Notes: a model not told the origin generated them from the sequence alone. Positions 25,661-35,194 are shown, numbered from the stretch's first letter. The stretch: 43,360 nucleotides of DNA from Armatimonadota bacterium (GCA_016193565.1 JACPRY010000124.1:1-43360), one strand, 5' to 3'. Translations and numbers: made by a program.

Positions 25661-26242
25661 CTACTTCTCGTGGGGGGTAAGCGCGACCTCCTCAAGGGGT
25701 GTGTATAAGGAGCCTTTGGGGCTCAGGTGACTCTCGATGACGACCAGCCGGTCGATCTGCTGGGTACCCACTTCTATCTCCTTGAAGGAGCCCAGGGCGC
25801 GGACCAACTCTCCCCAGTTGCGTGTACTCCTGACCCTGGCGAGCGTCAGGTGCGCCCGAAAGGGCTTGGGCTCCATCGGGAACCGCTGCCTCGCCAGGGT
25901 CTGTCCCAGGCGTCCTGCCAGCGCCTGGAGGGGTTCCCTGCCGTCGGCGACACCAATCCACACGACCTGGGGACGCTGGAAGCTCGGAAACGCACCCAGC
26001 CCGCGCAGGCTGATCGGAAATGGCGCGGCACCGGTGGCGGCTTCTCGCGCCGCGACCTTCACGCGCGCCACCTGCGCCGGCGGGATCTCGCCGAGAAACC
26101 GCAGGGTGAAGTGCAGCTGCTCCGGCCGGGTCCAGCGGGCCACCGCGCCCGCGTCCTCCAATTGGCGCTGCAGGTCCGCCACGGCGGCGCGCAGCGAATC
26201 GTCCAGCGGCACCGCGACGAAGACACGCTGCAGATGACTCAT
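25661..26242 (-). CDS. thpR: RNA 2',3'-cyclic phosphodiesterase (ThpR/LigT, 2H family)
   Basis: Two HxT/S motifs (HFTLRFLG and HLTLARV). The likely start, ATG 26242, overlaps the cinA stop (ATGA). Confidence 0.8.
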   Translation of the reverse strand: MSHLQRVFVAVPLDDSLRAAVADLQRQLEDAGAVARWTRPEQLHFTLRFLGEIPPAQVARVKVAAREAATGAAPFPISLRGLGAFPSFQRPQVVWIGVADGREPLQALAGRLGQTLARQRFPMEPKPFRAHLTLARVRSTRNWGELVRALGSFKEIEVGTQQIDRLVVIESHLSPKGSLYTPLEEVALTPHEK

Positions 26243-27477
26243 GAACGCTGGATGTGTAACCGCAGTAGATTGAGGGCCGCCTGCGCCGCGAGCCACCGGA
26301 TCCCGCTTCGCCCAGCTTCGGTGCCGAAGTTGACCCGCCGGTGTTCCGTTCGTTCTGCCGTCGCGAGCCCGAGAAACACCAGTCCCACCGGCTTCGCGGT
26401 CGTGCCGCCGGTCGGACCGGCGACGCCCGTCACGGATAGCCCGTACGTACTTCCGGCCCGATCCCGGATGCCGCGGGCCATCGCCTCCGCCACTTCGGCG
26501 CTCACAGCACCGTGCTGCTCGATCGACGTCGCGGGCACGCCGAGTTGATCACGCTTGGCCTCATTGCTGTATGCGACGACGCCTTCGAGGAAATACGCGG
26601 AGCTCCCAGGGATGTCGGTGAGCCGCTTGGCGACGAGGCCGCCGGTACACGACTCGGCGACGGCCAGAGTGGCGGCGCGTTCACCAAGCAGCCGCCCGAC
26701 GACGAGCTCGAGAGACTCCTCGTTCGTGCCGTAGATCATTTCACCCAGCCGTTCTCGCAGACCGGCCTCCCCGGCATCGAGCTGAGCAGCGACGTCGGAT
26801 GGCGTCCCTTTGGCGGTGACGCGCAGATGCACCTCACCAAGCTTGGCGTATGGCGCGATCGTCGGCGACGTGCCCCCGATGAGGTTTTTGATGCGGGCCT
26901 CGACCGTCGACTCTCCTTCCCCGGTGACCCGCAGGACGCGCGACCGGATCACCACACCGCCCGTACGCTCGCGCAGGCGCGGAATCACATACGACTCCAT
27001 CATGCCGTACATCTCAAAGGGGACGCCGGGCATGATGAACAGTTCGCGTCCATCCTGATCGATGTGGACGCCGGGTGCGGTGCCTCGCGAGTTCGGGATC
27101 GCGCGCGCACCGGTGGGAATGAGCGCTTGTTTGTACACCGTCTCGGTCGGCACGCGGCCGCGAACCTCGAAGAACTGCCGGATGCGCTCTGCGATCTCCG
27201 CGTGAGGCTCGAGTGGGAGGTTGAGTTCTTCGGCCACGGAGGCCACAGTGAGGTCGTCCTCCGTCGGCCCCAGCCCGCCGGTGATGAGGACCACATCGGC
27301 CCGGCTGAGCGCCAAGCGTACCGCTCCCCTCACTCGCGCCGGGTTGTCCCCCACGGTTTGTTTGAAGAAGACGTCGATGCCAAGTTCGGCAAGTTGCTGT
27401 CCGAGGTAGGCGGCGTTGGTGTCGACGATTTGACCGAGCAGAAGCTCGGTCCCAACGGAGATAATCTCGGCTCTCAT
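26239..27477 (-). CDS. cinA: Competence/damage-inducible protein CinA (MoCF-binding plus nicotinamide-nucleotide amidase domains)
   Basis: 412 aa. MRAEIISVGTELLLGQIVDTNAAYL start, TGGLGPTEDD, and a C-terminal PncC-like region AESCTGG...SVTGVAGP. It sits upstream of recA, as in Bacillota. Confidence 0.9.
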   Translation of the reverse strand: MRAEIISVGTELLLGQIVDTNAAYLGQQLAELGIDVFFKQTVGDNPARVRGAVRLALSRADVVLITGGLGPTEDDLTVASVAEELNLPLEPHAEIAERIRQFFEVRGRVPTETVYKQALIPTGARAIPNSRGTAPGVHIDQDGRELFIMPGVPFEMYGMMESYVIPRLRERTGGVVIRSRVLRVTGEGESTVEARIKNLIGGTSPTIAPYAKLGEVHLRVTAKGTPSDVAAQLDAGEAGLRERLGEMIYGTNEESLELVVGRLLGERAATLAVAESCTGGLVAKRLTDIPGSSAYFLEGVVAYSNEAKRDQLGVPATSIEQHGAVSAEVAEAMARGIRDRAGSTYGLSVTGVAGPTGGTTAKPVGLVFLGLATAERTEHRRVNFGTEAGRSGIRWLAAQAALNLLRLHIQRS

Positions 27478-27486
27478 AATAAGAAG

Positions 27487-27559
27487 ACGGAAACGAGGAA
27501 ACGCGGAAACGATGAAACAGGTAACTCGTTTCCTAGTTACCTCGTTTCCGTGTTTCCGC
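27487..27559. repeat. Inverted pair of octamer arrays (NNGGAAAC / GTTTCCNN) between rodZ and cinA
   Basis: GGAAAC-type cores at 27489, 27497, 27505, 27513 and 27520. Complementary GTTTCC/GTTACC cores at 27528, 27536, 27544 and 27552. It folds into 7 bp + 5 bp + 7 bp around a 10-nt loop and occupies most of the 92-nt spacer. Confidence 0.9.
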
Positions 27560-27569
27560 AGTTGGCCCT

Positions 27570-28379
27570 TCAGGGGGCCGTGAAGGTCCTCTCGTACACC
27601 CTCCGCCGCGAGGGCGGCTGCACCGGCTGGCCGTTCACCTCCACCGAAACGCCCTGCGCGTTCCCGATCCGTACGGTCAGCGTGCGCTGTGCCCTCCAGG
27701 TCCGCTCTTCTCCCGCGGTAATGAATCCCTGGAAGACCCGCTCACCGTCCGCTGAGATCCTGATCCAGGATTCTTCGGCCGCACGAAGCACCACCGTCAC
27801 CGGTGCGGCCGGGAGAGGGGTGGGCTGGGGCTCAGCTGAGCGTGGGCGGGGCGTAGTTGGACTTTGTGCCAAAGGTTCGCTTTGAGCTGAGGCGCCTTTG
27901 GGCGACGCCGTCGGCGGCTGCGAGGAGGATTCGGGCCGGGCCGCCGGCGCGGCGAATCGTCGGAGTTGCTGGATCCCGATGTATCCCAGAATCAGGGCGA
28001 GGACCAGCGCCACGAGCGCCGCGAGGATCAGGAATCGCCGGAGGGGAGACGGCCGGGCCGCCGGACGGATCGGAACCTCCGCTGAATGCACGCCCATGAT
28101 CGGCTGAGCGGATGTATCAAACTCGAGATGGTACGCTTCGAAGAGTTCGTCGGGGTCCAGTCCGAGCGCAGTGGCGTACGTCCGCAGGAATCCCCGCATG
28201 TACGTCCGGCCGGGAAGCCGGTCGAACTGTTCTTCTTCCAGCGCCTCCAGGTACGTGGGGCGGATACGGGTCAGCTCGGCCACGTCGGCGAGGGACCACC
28301 CACGGGCCTCCCGGGCGTTGCGGAGCCGCTCGCCGATTCCCAGCGGTTCTACGCTGCTTGTCATGGCATGATCCGGCAC
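27570..28379 (-). CDS. rodZ: RodZ-like cytoskeleton protein (HTH, TM, DUF4115)
   Basis: N-terminal Xre-type HTH (IGERLRNAREARGWSLADVAELTRIRPTYLEALEE), a single TM helix, a Pro-rich linker and a C-terminal DUF4115-like beta domain. The start is either GTG 28379 or ATG 28364. Confidence 0.75.
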   Translation of the reverse strand: MPDHAMTSSVEPLGIGERLRNAREARGWSLADVAELTRIRPTYLEALEEEQFDRLPGRTYMRGFLRTYATALGLDPDELFEAYHLEFDTSAQPIMGVHSAEVPIRPAARPSPLRRFLILAALVALVLALILGYIGIQQLRRFAAPAARPESSSQPPTASPKGASAQSEPLAQSPTTPRPRSAEPQPTPLPAAPVTVVLRAAEESWIRISADGERVFQGFITAGEERTWRAQRTLTVRIGNAQGVSVEVNGQPVQPPSRRRVYERTFTAP

Positions 28380-28440
28380 GGTGTCAGTGTTCCCCTACCC
28401 GAAATCGCTTTCCTTTGGGCCGGCCCGGGTGAGGCTGGGG

Positions 28441-29364
28441 TCAGGATGCAACCTGGGTCATCGCGGAGGCGACCTGGGCGGCCAGTGACGCGTTCGCCCG
28501 CAGCAGCGCAATGTTGGCCCGCAGGGAGGCGCCCTCGGTGATTTCGCTCAGCGCGGCCAGCAGATACGGCGTCAGATCCTCCCCACGCACGCCGGCCGCC
28601 CGGGCCCGCTCGGTGGCACGTCGCACCGCGTCCTCCACCAGCAGAGGCGGCAGCGCGGCATCGGCCGGGACCGGGTTTGCGATGAGCAGGCCCGTGCGCT
28701 GTCCCATCGTACGTTTGACGATCATGATCCTGGCGGCATCCTCGGGCGCGGCGATACGCCGGGGCGCCTCCAACCCGGAATCCTCCATGTAGAATCCGGG
28801 AAACCGGTCGGTCCGGTATGTGACGACGGTCACGCCGACCGTGTCGAGATATTCGAGCGTCCGACCGACATCGCAGATCGCCTTGGCGCCTGCGCACACG
28901 ACAGCCACCGGATACCGGGAGAGCGCGAGCAGGTCGGCGGAGACGTCCCAGGTTAACTCGGCCCCGAGATGGACGCCGCCGATTCCACCGGTGCAGATGA
29001 CCTTGATCCCCAGAAAATCCGCGAGCGCCACCGTCGCGGACACCGTCAGCCCGCCGGTGGCGGAGGAGGCGACCGCGACCGGCAGGTCCCGACCGGCAAT
29101 CTTCATCGTGTCGGCTGAGGTCAGCCGCTCGAACTCGCCGGGCAGCAGCCCGACCTTGATGCGACCGTCGATCACCGCCATCGTGGCGGGCACGGCCTTA
29201 CCCTCGCGCACGAGGTCCTCGAGATGAAGCGCAGTGTCCACTCCGGTCTGGCGCGGCAGCCCGTGCGAGATCACAGCCGATTCGAGCGCCACGACGGGCT
29301 GCGCGCTCGTCAGCGCGTCCGCGACCTTAGGGGAGACATCAAATGTTTTCGGCCAGCTCGGCAT
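28441..29364 (-). CDS. psuG: Pseudouridine-5'-phosphate glycosidase
   Basis: 307 aa. VVALESAVISHGLP, TGGIGGVH and VVCAGAKAI motifs are characteristic of PsuG/YeiN. It overlaps the upstream kinase gene by 26 nt. Confidence 0.9.
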   Translation of the reverse strand: MPSWPKTFDVSPKVADALTSAQPVVALESAVISHGLPRQTGVDTALHLEDLVREGKAVPATMAVIDGRIKVGLLPGEFERLTSADTMKIAGRDLPVAVASSATGGLTVSATVALADFLGIKVICTGGIGGVHLGAELTWDVSADLLALSRYPVAVVCAGAKAICDVGRTLEYLDTVGVTVVTYRTDRFPGFYMEDSGLEAPRRIAAPEDAARIMIVKRTMGQRTGLLIANPVPADAALPPLLVEDAVRRATERARAAGVRGEDLTPYLLAALSEITEGASLRANIALLRANASLAAQVASAMTQVAS

Positions 29365-30304
29365 ATCGGTGGAGCGCCTCGCGCGTCAATCCGGGATGGG
29401 TGGCGCCTTCGATGCCGCACGTCAAGGCGCCGGCCGCCGCCGCAAGACGCGCAGCCAGATCCTCACGGACTCCCGCCAGCATACAGAAAATGGAAACGGC
29501 GGCGACGGCATCACCTGCGCCGGTCGCATCCACGACCGCGGCCGGTGAGATCTGCGCCCAGGCGGTTTCTTTCCCAATCCATACCATACCCTGATCACCC
29601 GCCGTGATGACGACCGCTGCGGGTCCGCGCGACTGTAGATGGCGACCGGCATGTACGATCTCGTCCCGAGACGTAACCGGTCGGTCCGTCAGCATCTGGG
29701 CTTCCGCCGCGGTCAGCGCAATCATCGACGACTGATTCAGCACGTCGAGCACCCGTCGAGACTTCGCCACCGACACGGGCAAGAGGCACAGGCGGCCCGC
29801 GGCGAGTTCTGCGACGCGGCGGATCGTTGCGGGCAGCACATTCGCGTCGAGGACGACCGCCTCCGCGGCCCGGATGAGTCCGGCGCGCGCATCGATCGCC
29901 CCGGGCGTGACCGACTCCGTCGCGGCCATGTCGGAAGTCGCCCACTGCAGCACGCCTGCGGACTCGATCGCCACGTAATAGTGTCCTCGCCCTTCGACCC
30001 TGGCGATCTGCGTGACGTCCACTCCGGCGTTCGAGGTGCGCTCGATGAGCCAGTCGCCCAGCGGGCCGGCATCGACGGCCGTCATGAGCGCGACGCGTAG
30101 GCCGAGGCGCGCCAAATTCTCGGCGACGTTGCGCCCGGCCCCGCCCGGCGAGATACGCACTCGGCCGGGATTGCTCACGCGCGGTTGTACGGGCCCGGCG
30201 GCCATCCCCACGATGTCGACGCTGGCACCGCCGACGACAACGACCGAAGGTCGTACGTCGTAGGTCGTAGGTCGGGACGCCTTGATTTGTTCCTGCGCTG
30301 CCAT
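29339..30304 (-). CDS. psuK: PfkB-family carbohydrate kinase, probable pseudouridine kinase
   Basis: VVVVGGASVDIVG at the N-terminus, GGAGRNVAENLARLG, and a C-terminal DATGAGDA anion hole. It is adjacent to psuG. The likely start is ATG 30304, with GGAGAAAGG 5 nt upstream. Codons 11-20 are encoded by a heptamer repeat arm. Confidence 0.75.
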   Translation of the reverse strand: MAAQEQIKASRPTTYDVRPSVVVVGGASVDIVGMAAGPVQPRVSNPGRVRISPGGAGRNVAENLARLGLRVALMTAVDAGPLGDWLIERTSNAGVDVTQIARVEGRGHYYVAIESAGVLQWATSDMAATESVTPGAIDARAGLIRAAEAVVLDANVLPATIRRVAELAAGRLCLLPVSVAKSRRVLDVLNQSSMIALTAAEAQMLTDRPVTSRDEIVHAGRHLQSRGPAAVVITAGDQGMVWIGKETAWAQISPAAVVDATGAGDAVAAVSIFCMLAGVREDLAARLAAAAGALTCGIEGATHPGLTREALHRYAELAENI

Positions 30305-30373
30305 TGAGGCCTTTCTCCGCACCAGTCGACGTACGACCTACGACCTTCGACCTACGACGTACGACCTACGTCA
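30247..30373. repeat. Inverted pair of heptamer arrays (TAGGTCG x4 / CGACCTA x6) bracketing the psuK start
   Basis: Left arm 30247-30274 (AAGGTCG TACGTCG TAGGTCG TAGGTCG). Right arm 30327-30368 (CGACGTA CGACCTA CGACCTT CGACCTA CGACGTA CGACCTA) followed by CGTCA. The best register, 30341-30368 with 30247-30274, gives 26/28 complementary positions. Confidence 0.95.
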
Positions 30374-31342
30374 TTCTTCTTCCTTAGTGTAGGGTACGCC
30401 GTCCGCCGCCGGTGGCTGGGCCCGGCGCACAAAGCCGGCCAGGACGAGGATGCTCACGATGTGCGGGAGGACATTGATGAACTGCGAGGGTACCGGCAAG
30501 ACGACCACACGCAGACTGAGCGCATCAAAGTATCCGAACAGCGCGGAGGCGCCGAGCGCGCCGAGTGGCCACCAGTTGCCGAAGATCATCGCCGCGAGGG
30601 CGATAAAGCCGCGGCCCTGCGTCATCCCCTCGAAGTAGAGGTGCGCCTGTTCGATCGCCAGGTAGGCCCCGGCCATCCCCGCGAGCGCGCCGCTGATGAG
30701 CACGCCGGCGTAGCGCATGCCGTAGACGTTGATGCCCAGTGTATCGGCCGCGCGGGGGTGCTCTCCCACCCCGCGCAGGCGCAGCCCGAAGCGCGTGCGC
30801 AGGAGCGTCCAGTGTCCGATCAACACCAGGAGCAGCGCGACCAGGATCATCGGTGAGATCCCGGTCGCGATCGGCCCGAGGACCGGGATGCCTTCGAGGA
30901 TGGGAATGTCCACCGGAGTGAATCCGCTGACCCCCGGCGACTGCGTAGCCACGCCAAAGAATAGGATATTCAGGAAGCGGGCCAGGCCTACCGCCAGCAG
31001 ATTCAGCGCCACTCCACTGATGATCTGATCAACGCGGAAGGTGATCGTTACCAGCGCATGGATGAGCGCAAAGGCCATCCCGGCGAGCATCGCGGCCAGC
31101 ACTCCGGCGGCCGGCGCCAAATCAGGAATCGCCGCGACGAGAGCCGGGTACTGCCGGGCGAACACGTAGTCCCCGACGGCGCCGAAGAACGTGCCCATGA
31201 TCATGATGCCTTCCAGCCCGATGTTGATGACGCCGCCGCGCTCCGAATACACCGCGCCCAGCGCCGCTAGCAGGATCGGCATCGTCACCCGGATCGCCGA
31301 CGCAATCAGGGCAAGACTAAGGAGCGAGGTCACATATTCCAT
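30371..31342 (-). CDS. ABC transporter permease (nucleoside/simple-sugar BMP-type system)
   Basis: 323 aa, about 8-10 hydrophobic helices. It sits in a gene cluster with a second permease, a duplicated ATPase and a BMP-family lipoprotein. Confidence 0.85.
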   Translation of the reverse strand: MEYVTSLLSLALIASAIRVTMPILLAALGAVYSERGGVINIGLEGIMIMGTFFGAVGDYVFARQYPALVAAIPDLAPAAGVLAAMLAGMAFALIHALVTITFRVDQIISGVALNLLAVGLARFLNILFFGVATQSPGVSGFTPVDIPILEGIPVLGPIATGISPMILVALLLVLIGHWTLLRTRFGLRLRGVGEHPRAADTLGINVYGMRYAGVLISGALAGMAGAYLAIEQAHLYFEGMTQGRGFIALAAMIFGNWWPLGALGASALFGYFDALSLRVVVLPVPSQFINVLPHIVSILVLAGFVRRAQPPAADGVPYTKEEE

Positions 31343-31350
31343 GTGTATGT

Positions 31351-31387
31351 CGCGTTACCGTGTTACCGCGTTTCCGCGTTACCGTCA
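31351..31387. repeat. Octamer tandem array (CGCGTTAC CGTGTTAC CGCGTTTC CGCGTTAC) plus CGTCA between the two permease genes
   Basis: Four units with period 8 at 31351-31382, then CGTCA at 31383-31387. It fills the 46-nt spacer between the stop at 31389 and the start at 31342. Confidence 0.9.
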
Positions 31388-31388
31388 T

Positions 31389-32522
31389 CTAGTGTCCCGC
31401 TTCCGCCGCCGCGGCCGGCGCCGTAGCGGGCCGCTCGGCTTCGCGCTTGCGCTGCATCCGGATGTAACGTGTGACCAACTCGTAGGCGACGACGATCGCC
31501 AGGATGATGAGCGCCTGCAAGATCACGATGACTTCCTTGGGCACGCGGGCGAAGAACTGCACGCCCAGCGCTCCGCGGTCAAGGAAGCCGAACAATAGCG
31601 CTGCAAGAACCACTCCGAGCGGGTTATTCTTCGCCAGCAGCGCGATCGAAATCCCCAGGAAGCCGAGCCCCTTCGGGAAGTCGATATCCAGGTAGCCGAA
31701 GAAGCCGAGGACGTCGCTGAGGCCCGCGAGTCCGGCCACGCCGCCGGACAGCATGAACATCAGAAACTGGATGCGGGCGTTCGGGATGCCGGCTGCTTCG
31801 GCCGCCTGGGGGTTGAACGCGACCGCGCGCACCTCATAGCCAAAGCGCGTGCGGCTGAGCAGGACGGTGAAGAGGACGCACAGCACCAGCCCAAAGATCA
31901 GCAGCCAGTTCACTTTGTTGGCGTCCGGGCCGGTCAGCCCGAGGAGGCCGAGCAGCGGTCCCATCGATGGCACGCGCGCGCTTCCAGGAAACTCCGGAGT
32001 GCGCACGCGCGGAGTGCCGATCTGGGACGGATCCCGGAACACATCGGCGATCAGGTAAAGAATGACGGCAGCGGCAATGTAGTTCATCATGATCGTCGTG
32101 ATGACCTCATGCGCTCCCCGCCGCAGCTTCAAGAGAATCGGCACCAGCGCCCATAGCATCCCGCCGAGGCCCGCTGCGAGGACCGCGAGCGGCAGATGGA
32201 CCGCCACCGGGAGGCCCTTGATCCCAAATCCCACATAGGCCGCGCAGAAGGCGCCGATGTAGTACTGGCCCTCGACCCCGATGTTCCACAGCGCCGCGCG
32301 GAACGACAGTGCCACCGCGAGACCGGCAAAGATCAACGGGGTGGCCTTGAACAGGATCGACAGCAGGCTGTCGGCGCGCAGGAGTCCGAAGCGCAGCAGC
32401 ACCCCAAATACGTCCAGCGGATTGCGTCCGATCGCCAGCACGATGATTGAGGCGATGACCACGCCGAAGACGATCGCCAGGATGGGTGTGGCGATCTGCA
32501 GGACCAGCAGCCGCCACTTCAC
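31389..32522 (-). CDS. ABC transporter permease (BMP-type system)
   Basis: Hydrophobic multi-pass protein. The likely GTG start at 32522 overlaps the ATPase stop (GTGA). The Arg-rich 34-aa extension in the track ORF is probably not translated. Confidence 0.85.
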   Translation of the reverse strand: MKWRLLVLQIATPILAIVFGVVIASIIVLAIGRNPLDVFGVLLRFGLLRADSLLSILFKATPLIFAGLAVALSFRAALWNIGVEGQYYIGAFCAAYVGFGIKGLPVAVHLPLAVLAAGLGGMLWALVPILLKLRRGAHEVITTIMMNYIAAAVILYLIADVFRDPSQIGTPRVRTPEFPGSARVPSMGPLLGLLGLTGPDANKVNWLLIFGLVLCVLFTVLLSRTRFGYEVRAVAFNPQAAEAAGIPNARIQFLMFMLSGGVAGLAGLSDVLGFFGYLDIDFPKGLGFLGISIALLAKNNPLGVVLAALLFGFLDRGALGVQFFARVPKEVIVILQALIILAIVVAYELVTRYIRMQRKREAERPATAPAAAAEAGH

Positions 32523-34051
32523 GGGGATGTCGCCCCGGCACGTCGGGTGCCCGTCATGTACAGGCCGAGCTCCTGCGGCGTGGCCTCGCCGCGCCGGAAC
32601 TCCGCGACGAGCTCGCCGCTGCACATCACGCCGATCCGGTCAGATAGGGACAACACCTCTTCCAGGTTGGCCGAAATGAGGAGCACCGCCATGCCGTTGG
32701 ACCGCGCCTCGAGCAGCTGGCGCTCGACGAACTCGGTCGCGCCGATGTCGAGCCCGCGTGTCGGCTGCGCCGCGATCAGCACCTTGGGGTTGAAGCTGAA
32801 CTCCCGCGCCACGATGACCTTTTGTTGGTTCCCCCCCGACAGCGCAAGCGCCGGGACGTCGATGTTGCTCAGCCGGATGTCGAACTTCTCCACCCGTTCA
32901 TTGGCGAAAGACTCAATCGCCTTCCGGTCCACAAATGCACCGTCCAGGAACTGCGGCCGGCTGTGGTGCCCGAGCACGACGTTCTCCCAGACCGCCATCG
33001 GGAGCACCAGCCCTCGGCGGTGGCGGTCTTCGGGAATGTGCGCTGCGCCCAGCAGGCGGATGGCGCGCGCGCTCGCGTTCGCCACGTCGTGGCCTTCGAT
33101 CAGGATGCGGCCCGAGGTGACCGGCCGCAATCCAACCAGCGCTTCCACCAGCTCGGTCTGTCCGTTCCCCTCGACCCCGGCGATGCCGTAGATCTCGCCG
33201 GCGCGGACGGCGAGTGAGAGACGCGAGACCACAGGCCTCCCCCCGCGTCCGGCGACCGTCACCTCCCGTGCCTCGAGACGGACCTCTCCCGGTGTGACCG
33301 GAGGATGCTCCAGTTCGAGCAGCACCGGCCGTCCGACCATCATCTCCGCAAGCTGTGATTTGGTCGTCCCGGCCGCCGGGACGGTCCCAACGACGCGCCC
33401 GCGCCGCAGCACCGTGATGCGGTCGGAGATCTCGAGCACCTCATCCAGCATGTGGCTGATGAAGATGATCGTCTTCCCCTGCTCCCGGAGCCGGCGCAAG
33501 TTGGCGAACAACTCATCTACTTCCTGCGGCACGAGCACGGCCGTCGGCTCGTCGAGAATGAGTACGTCCGCGCCGCGGTAGAGCACCTTGATGATCTCGA
33601 CGCGCTGCTGCTCTCCGACGGAGAGCATGCTGACTTCCGCTGCGGGATCCAGCGCGAAGCCGTACTGCCGGCACAGCTCACGAACGCGCTGCTCGGCCTC
33701 CTTCCGGCGCAGGCGGCCCAGCGCGCCTGCCGGCTCGCTGCCCAGGATGACGTTTTCTGCGACCGTGAACCTGGGGATGAGCATGAAGTGCTGGTGCACC
33801 ATCCCGATGCCCAACTGCAGCGCCTTGCGGGGACTGTCGATGACGACGGGGCTGCCGTTGACCTCGATCGATCCTTCGTCCGGCTGGTACAGGCCGTACA
33901 GGATGCGCATCAAGGTGGACTTGCCTGCCCCATTTTCGCCGACGATCGCGTGGATCTCGCCGCGGAGCACCGTGAGGTCGATGTAGTCGTTGGCGACGAC
34001 GCCGGGGAAGCGCTTGGTGATGCCTTTTAGTTCGATGAGGACCGGATGCAT
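32519..34051 (-). CDS. ABC transporter ATP-binding protein with two fused ATPase domains
   Basis: Two cassettes: GENGAGKST / LSVGEQQRVEI / ILDEPT, and GVEGNGQTEL / LSGGNQQKV / AQPTRGLD. The likely start is ATG 34051 (MHPVLIELKGITKRF). Confidence 0.9.
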   Translation of the reverse strand: MHPVLIELKGITKRFPGVVANDYIDLTVLRGEIHAIVGENGAGKSTLMRILYGLYQPDEGSIEVNGSPVVIDSPRKALQLGIGMVHQHFMLIPRFTVAENVILGSEPAGALGRLRRKEAEQRVRELCRQYGFALDPAAEVSMLSVGEQQRVEIIKVLYRGADVLILDEPTAVLVPQEVDELFANLRRLREQGKTIIFISHMLDEVLEISDRITVLRRGRVVGTVPAAGTTKSQLAEMMVGRPVLLELEHPPVTPGEVRLEAREVTVAGRGGRPVVSRLSLAVRAGEIYGIAGVEGNGQTELVEALVGLRPVTSGRILIEGHDVANASARAIRLLGAAHIPEDRHRRGLVLPMAVWENVVLGHHSRPQFLDGAFVDRKAIESFANERVEKFDIRLSNIDVPALALSGGNQQKVIVAREFSFNPKVLIAAQPTRGLDIGATEFVERQLLEARSNGMAVLLISANLEEVLSLSDRIGVMCSGELVAEFRRGEATPQELGLYMTGTRRAGATSP

Positions 34052-34063
34052 TGCCAAAGGAGG

Positions 34064-34091
34064 AAGGGGTGGAGATCGTCCTCCACCCCTT
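34064..34091 (-). other. Intercistronic stem-loop between the binding-protein and ATPase genes
   Basis: Perfect 11-bp inverted repeat AAGGGGTGGAG / CTCCACCCCTT with a 6-nt loop and no clear U-tract. The position is typical of mRNA-stabilising hairpins after substrate-binding-protein genes. Confidence 0.5.
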
Positions 34092-34114
34092 GGAAGCACG
34101 TCAGGTACCCTGCA

Positions 34115-35194
34115 TCACTTGGGCAGCGACTTCAGGAACGTATCCAGTTCCGCTTTGCTCGCGGGGACCTTGATCTCCCCGGCCACGATTTTCTGCTTCA
34201 GGTCCTCGAGACGATCCTTGATGTCGGCGATCATATCCTTGTTGTAGTCGTTCTCGGCGTATCCCACGCCGCCTTCGGCCAAGCCAAAGTTCTTATACCC
34301 GCCCTTGTACTGGCCGTCCACGAAGGCCTTGATCGTCTCGAACACGGAGACGTCCACGCGCTTCATCATGCTCGTGAGGATCTGCGGGCGCTGGTCATCC
34401 TTCACGGTCAGCGACTGGTCCGCGTCGACCCCGATCGCCAGTCGCTTCTTGACGACTGCGGCCTCGAAGACCCCGATGCCGGTTCCACCGGACGCATGGT
34501 AGATGATGTCCGCACGCCGATCGTACTGCGCGAGCGCCAGTTCCTTCCCCTTCACCGGATCGCGGAACGCTTCTCCGGTCGTCCCGGCGTAGTCGGAGAG
34601 CACGCGAATGCTGGGTTTGACATACCGGGCGCCGGCAATGTACCCTGCCTCAAACTTCTCAATGAGCGGGATCTTCATCCCGCCGACGAACCCGATCACG
34701 CCGGTCCTGGACTTCAGCGCCGCGGCCGCGCCCACCAGGAAGGAGCCCTCATGCTCATTGAACAGCAGACAGACGATGTTGCTGGCGTCGGTGAGGTCGG
34801 GCACAAAACCGTCGATGAGACCGAACTTGACGTTGGGGAACTCCTTGGCCACCCGCGAAATGCTGTCTGTGAACAGAAATCCGATGCCGAAGATGAGGTC
34901 GTAGTTCTCACCTGCGAGCAGCCGGAGCAGCTCTTCCCGGTTTTCGCCGCCCGCGGTCGGCTCGAGATCCCGCGTCTCGATGCGATCCCCGAACTCCCGC
35001 TGGGCCTGCTCCAGGCCAGCGAACGCCATGTCGTTGAACGACAGATCCCCGCGCCCGCCGACGTCGTAGACGATCCCGACTTTGAACTTCTTGGCCTGCT
35101 GTGCCGGCTGCTGCGCGCGCTGCTGACACGCCGTGATGGCCAGCACGACGACCATCGCGAGTGCCAGAACGCCCACGCCTCGCATTCCCCGCAT
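34115..35194 (-). CDS. BMP-family (PnrA/Med-like) ABC substrate-binding lipoprotein
   Basis: Signal peptide with lipobox (VLAITAC), then KVGIVYDVGGRGDLSFND, GFVGG and GVDADQ motifs typical of basic membrane protein / nucleoside-binding lipoproteins. The likely start is ATG 35194 or 35185. Confidence 0.85.
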   Translation of the reverse strand: MRGMRGVGVLALAMVVVLAITACQQRAQQPAQQAKKFKVGIVYDVGGRGDLSFNDMAFAGLEQAQREFGDRIETRDLEPTAGGENREELLRLLAGENYDLIFGIGFLFTDSISRVAKEFPNVKFGLIDGFVPDLTDASNIVCLLFNEHEGSFLVGAAAALKSRTGVIGFVGGMKIPLIEKFEAGYIAGARYVKPSIRVLSDYAGTTGEAFRDPVKGKELALAQYDRRADIIYHASGGTGIGVFEAAVVKKRLAIGVDADQSLTVKDDQRPQILTSMMKRVDVSVFETIKAFVDGQYKGGYKNFGLAEGGVGYAENDYNKDMIADIKDRLEDLKQKIVAGEIKVPASKAELDTFLKSLPK

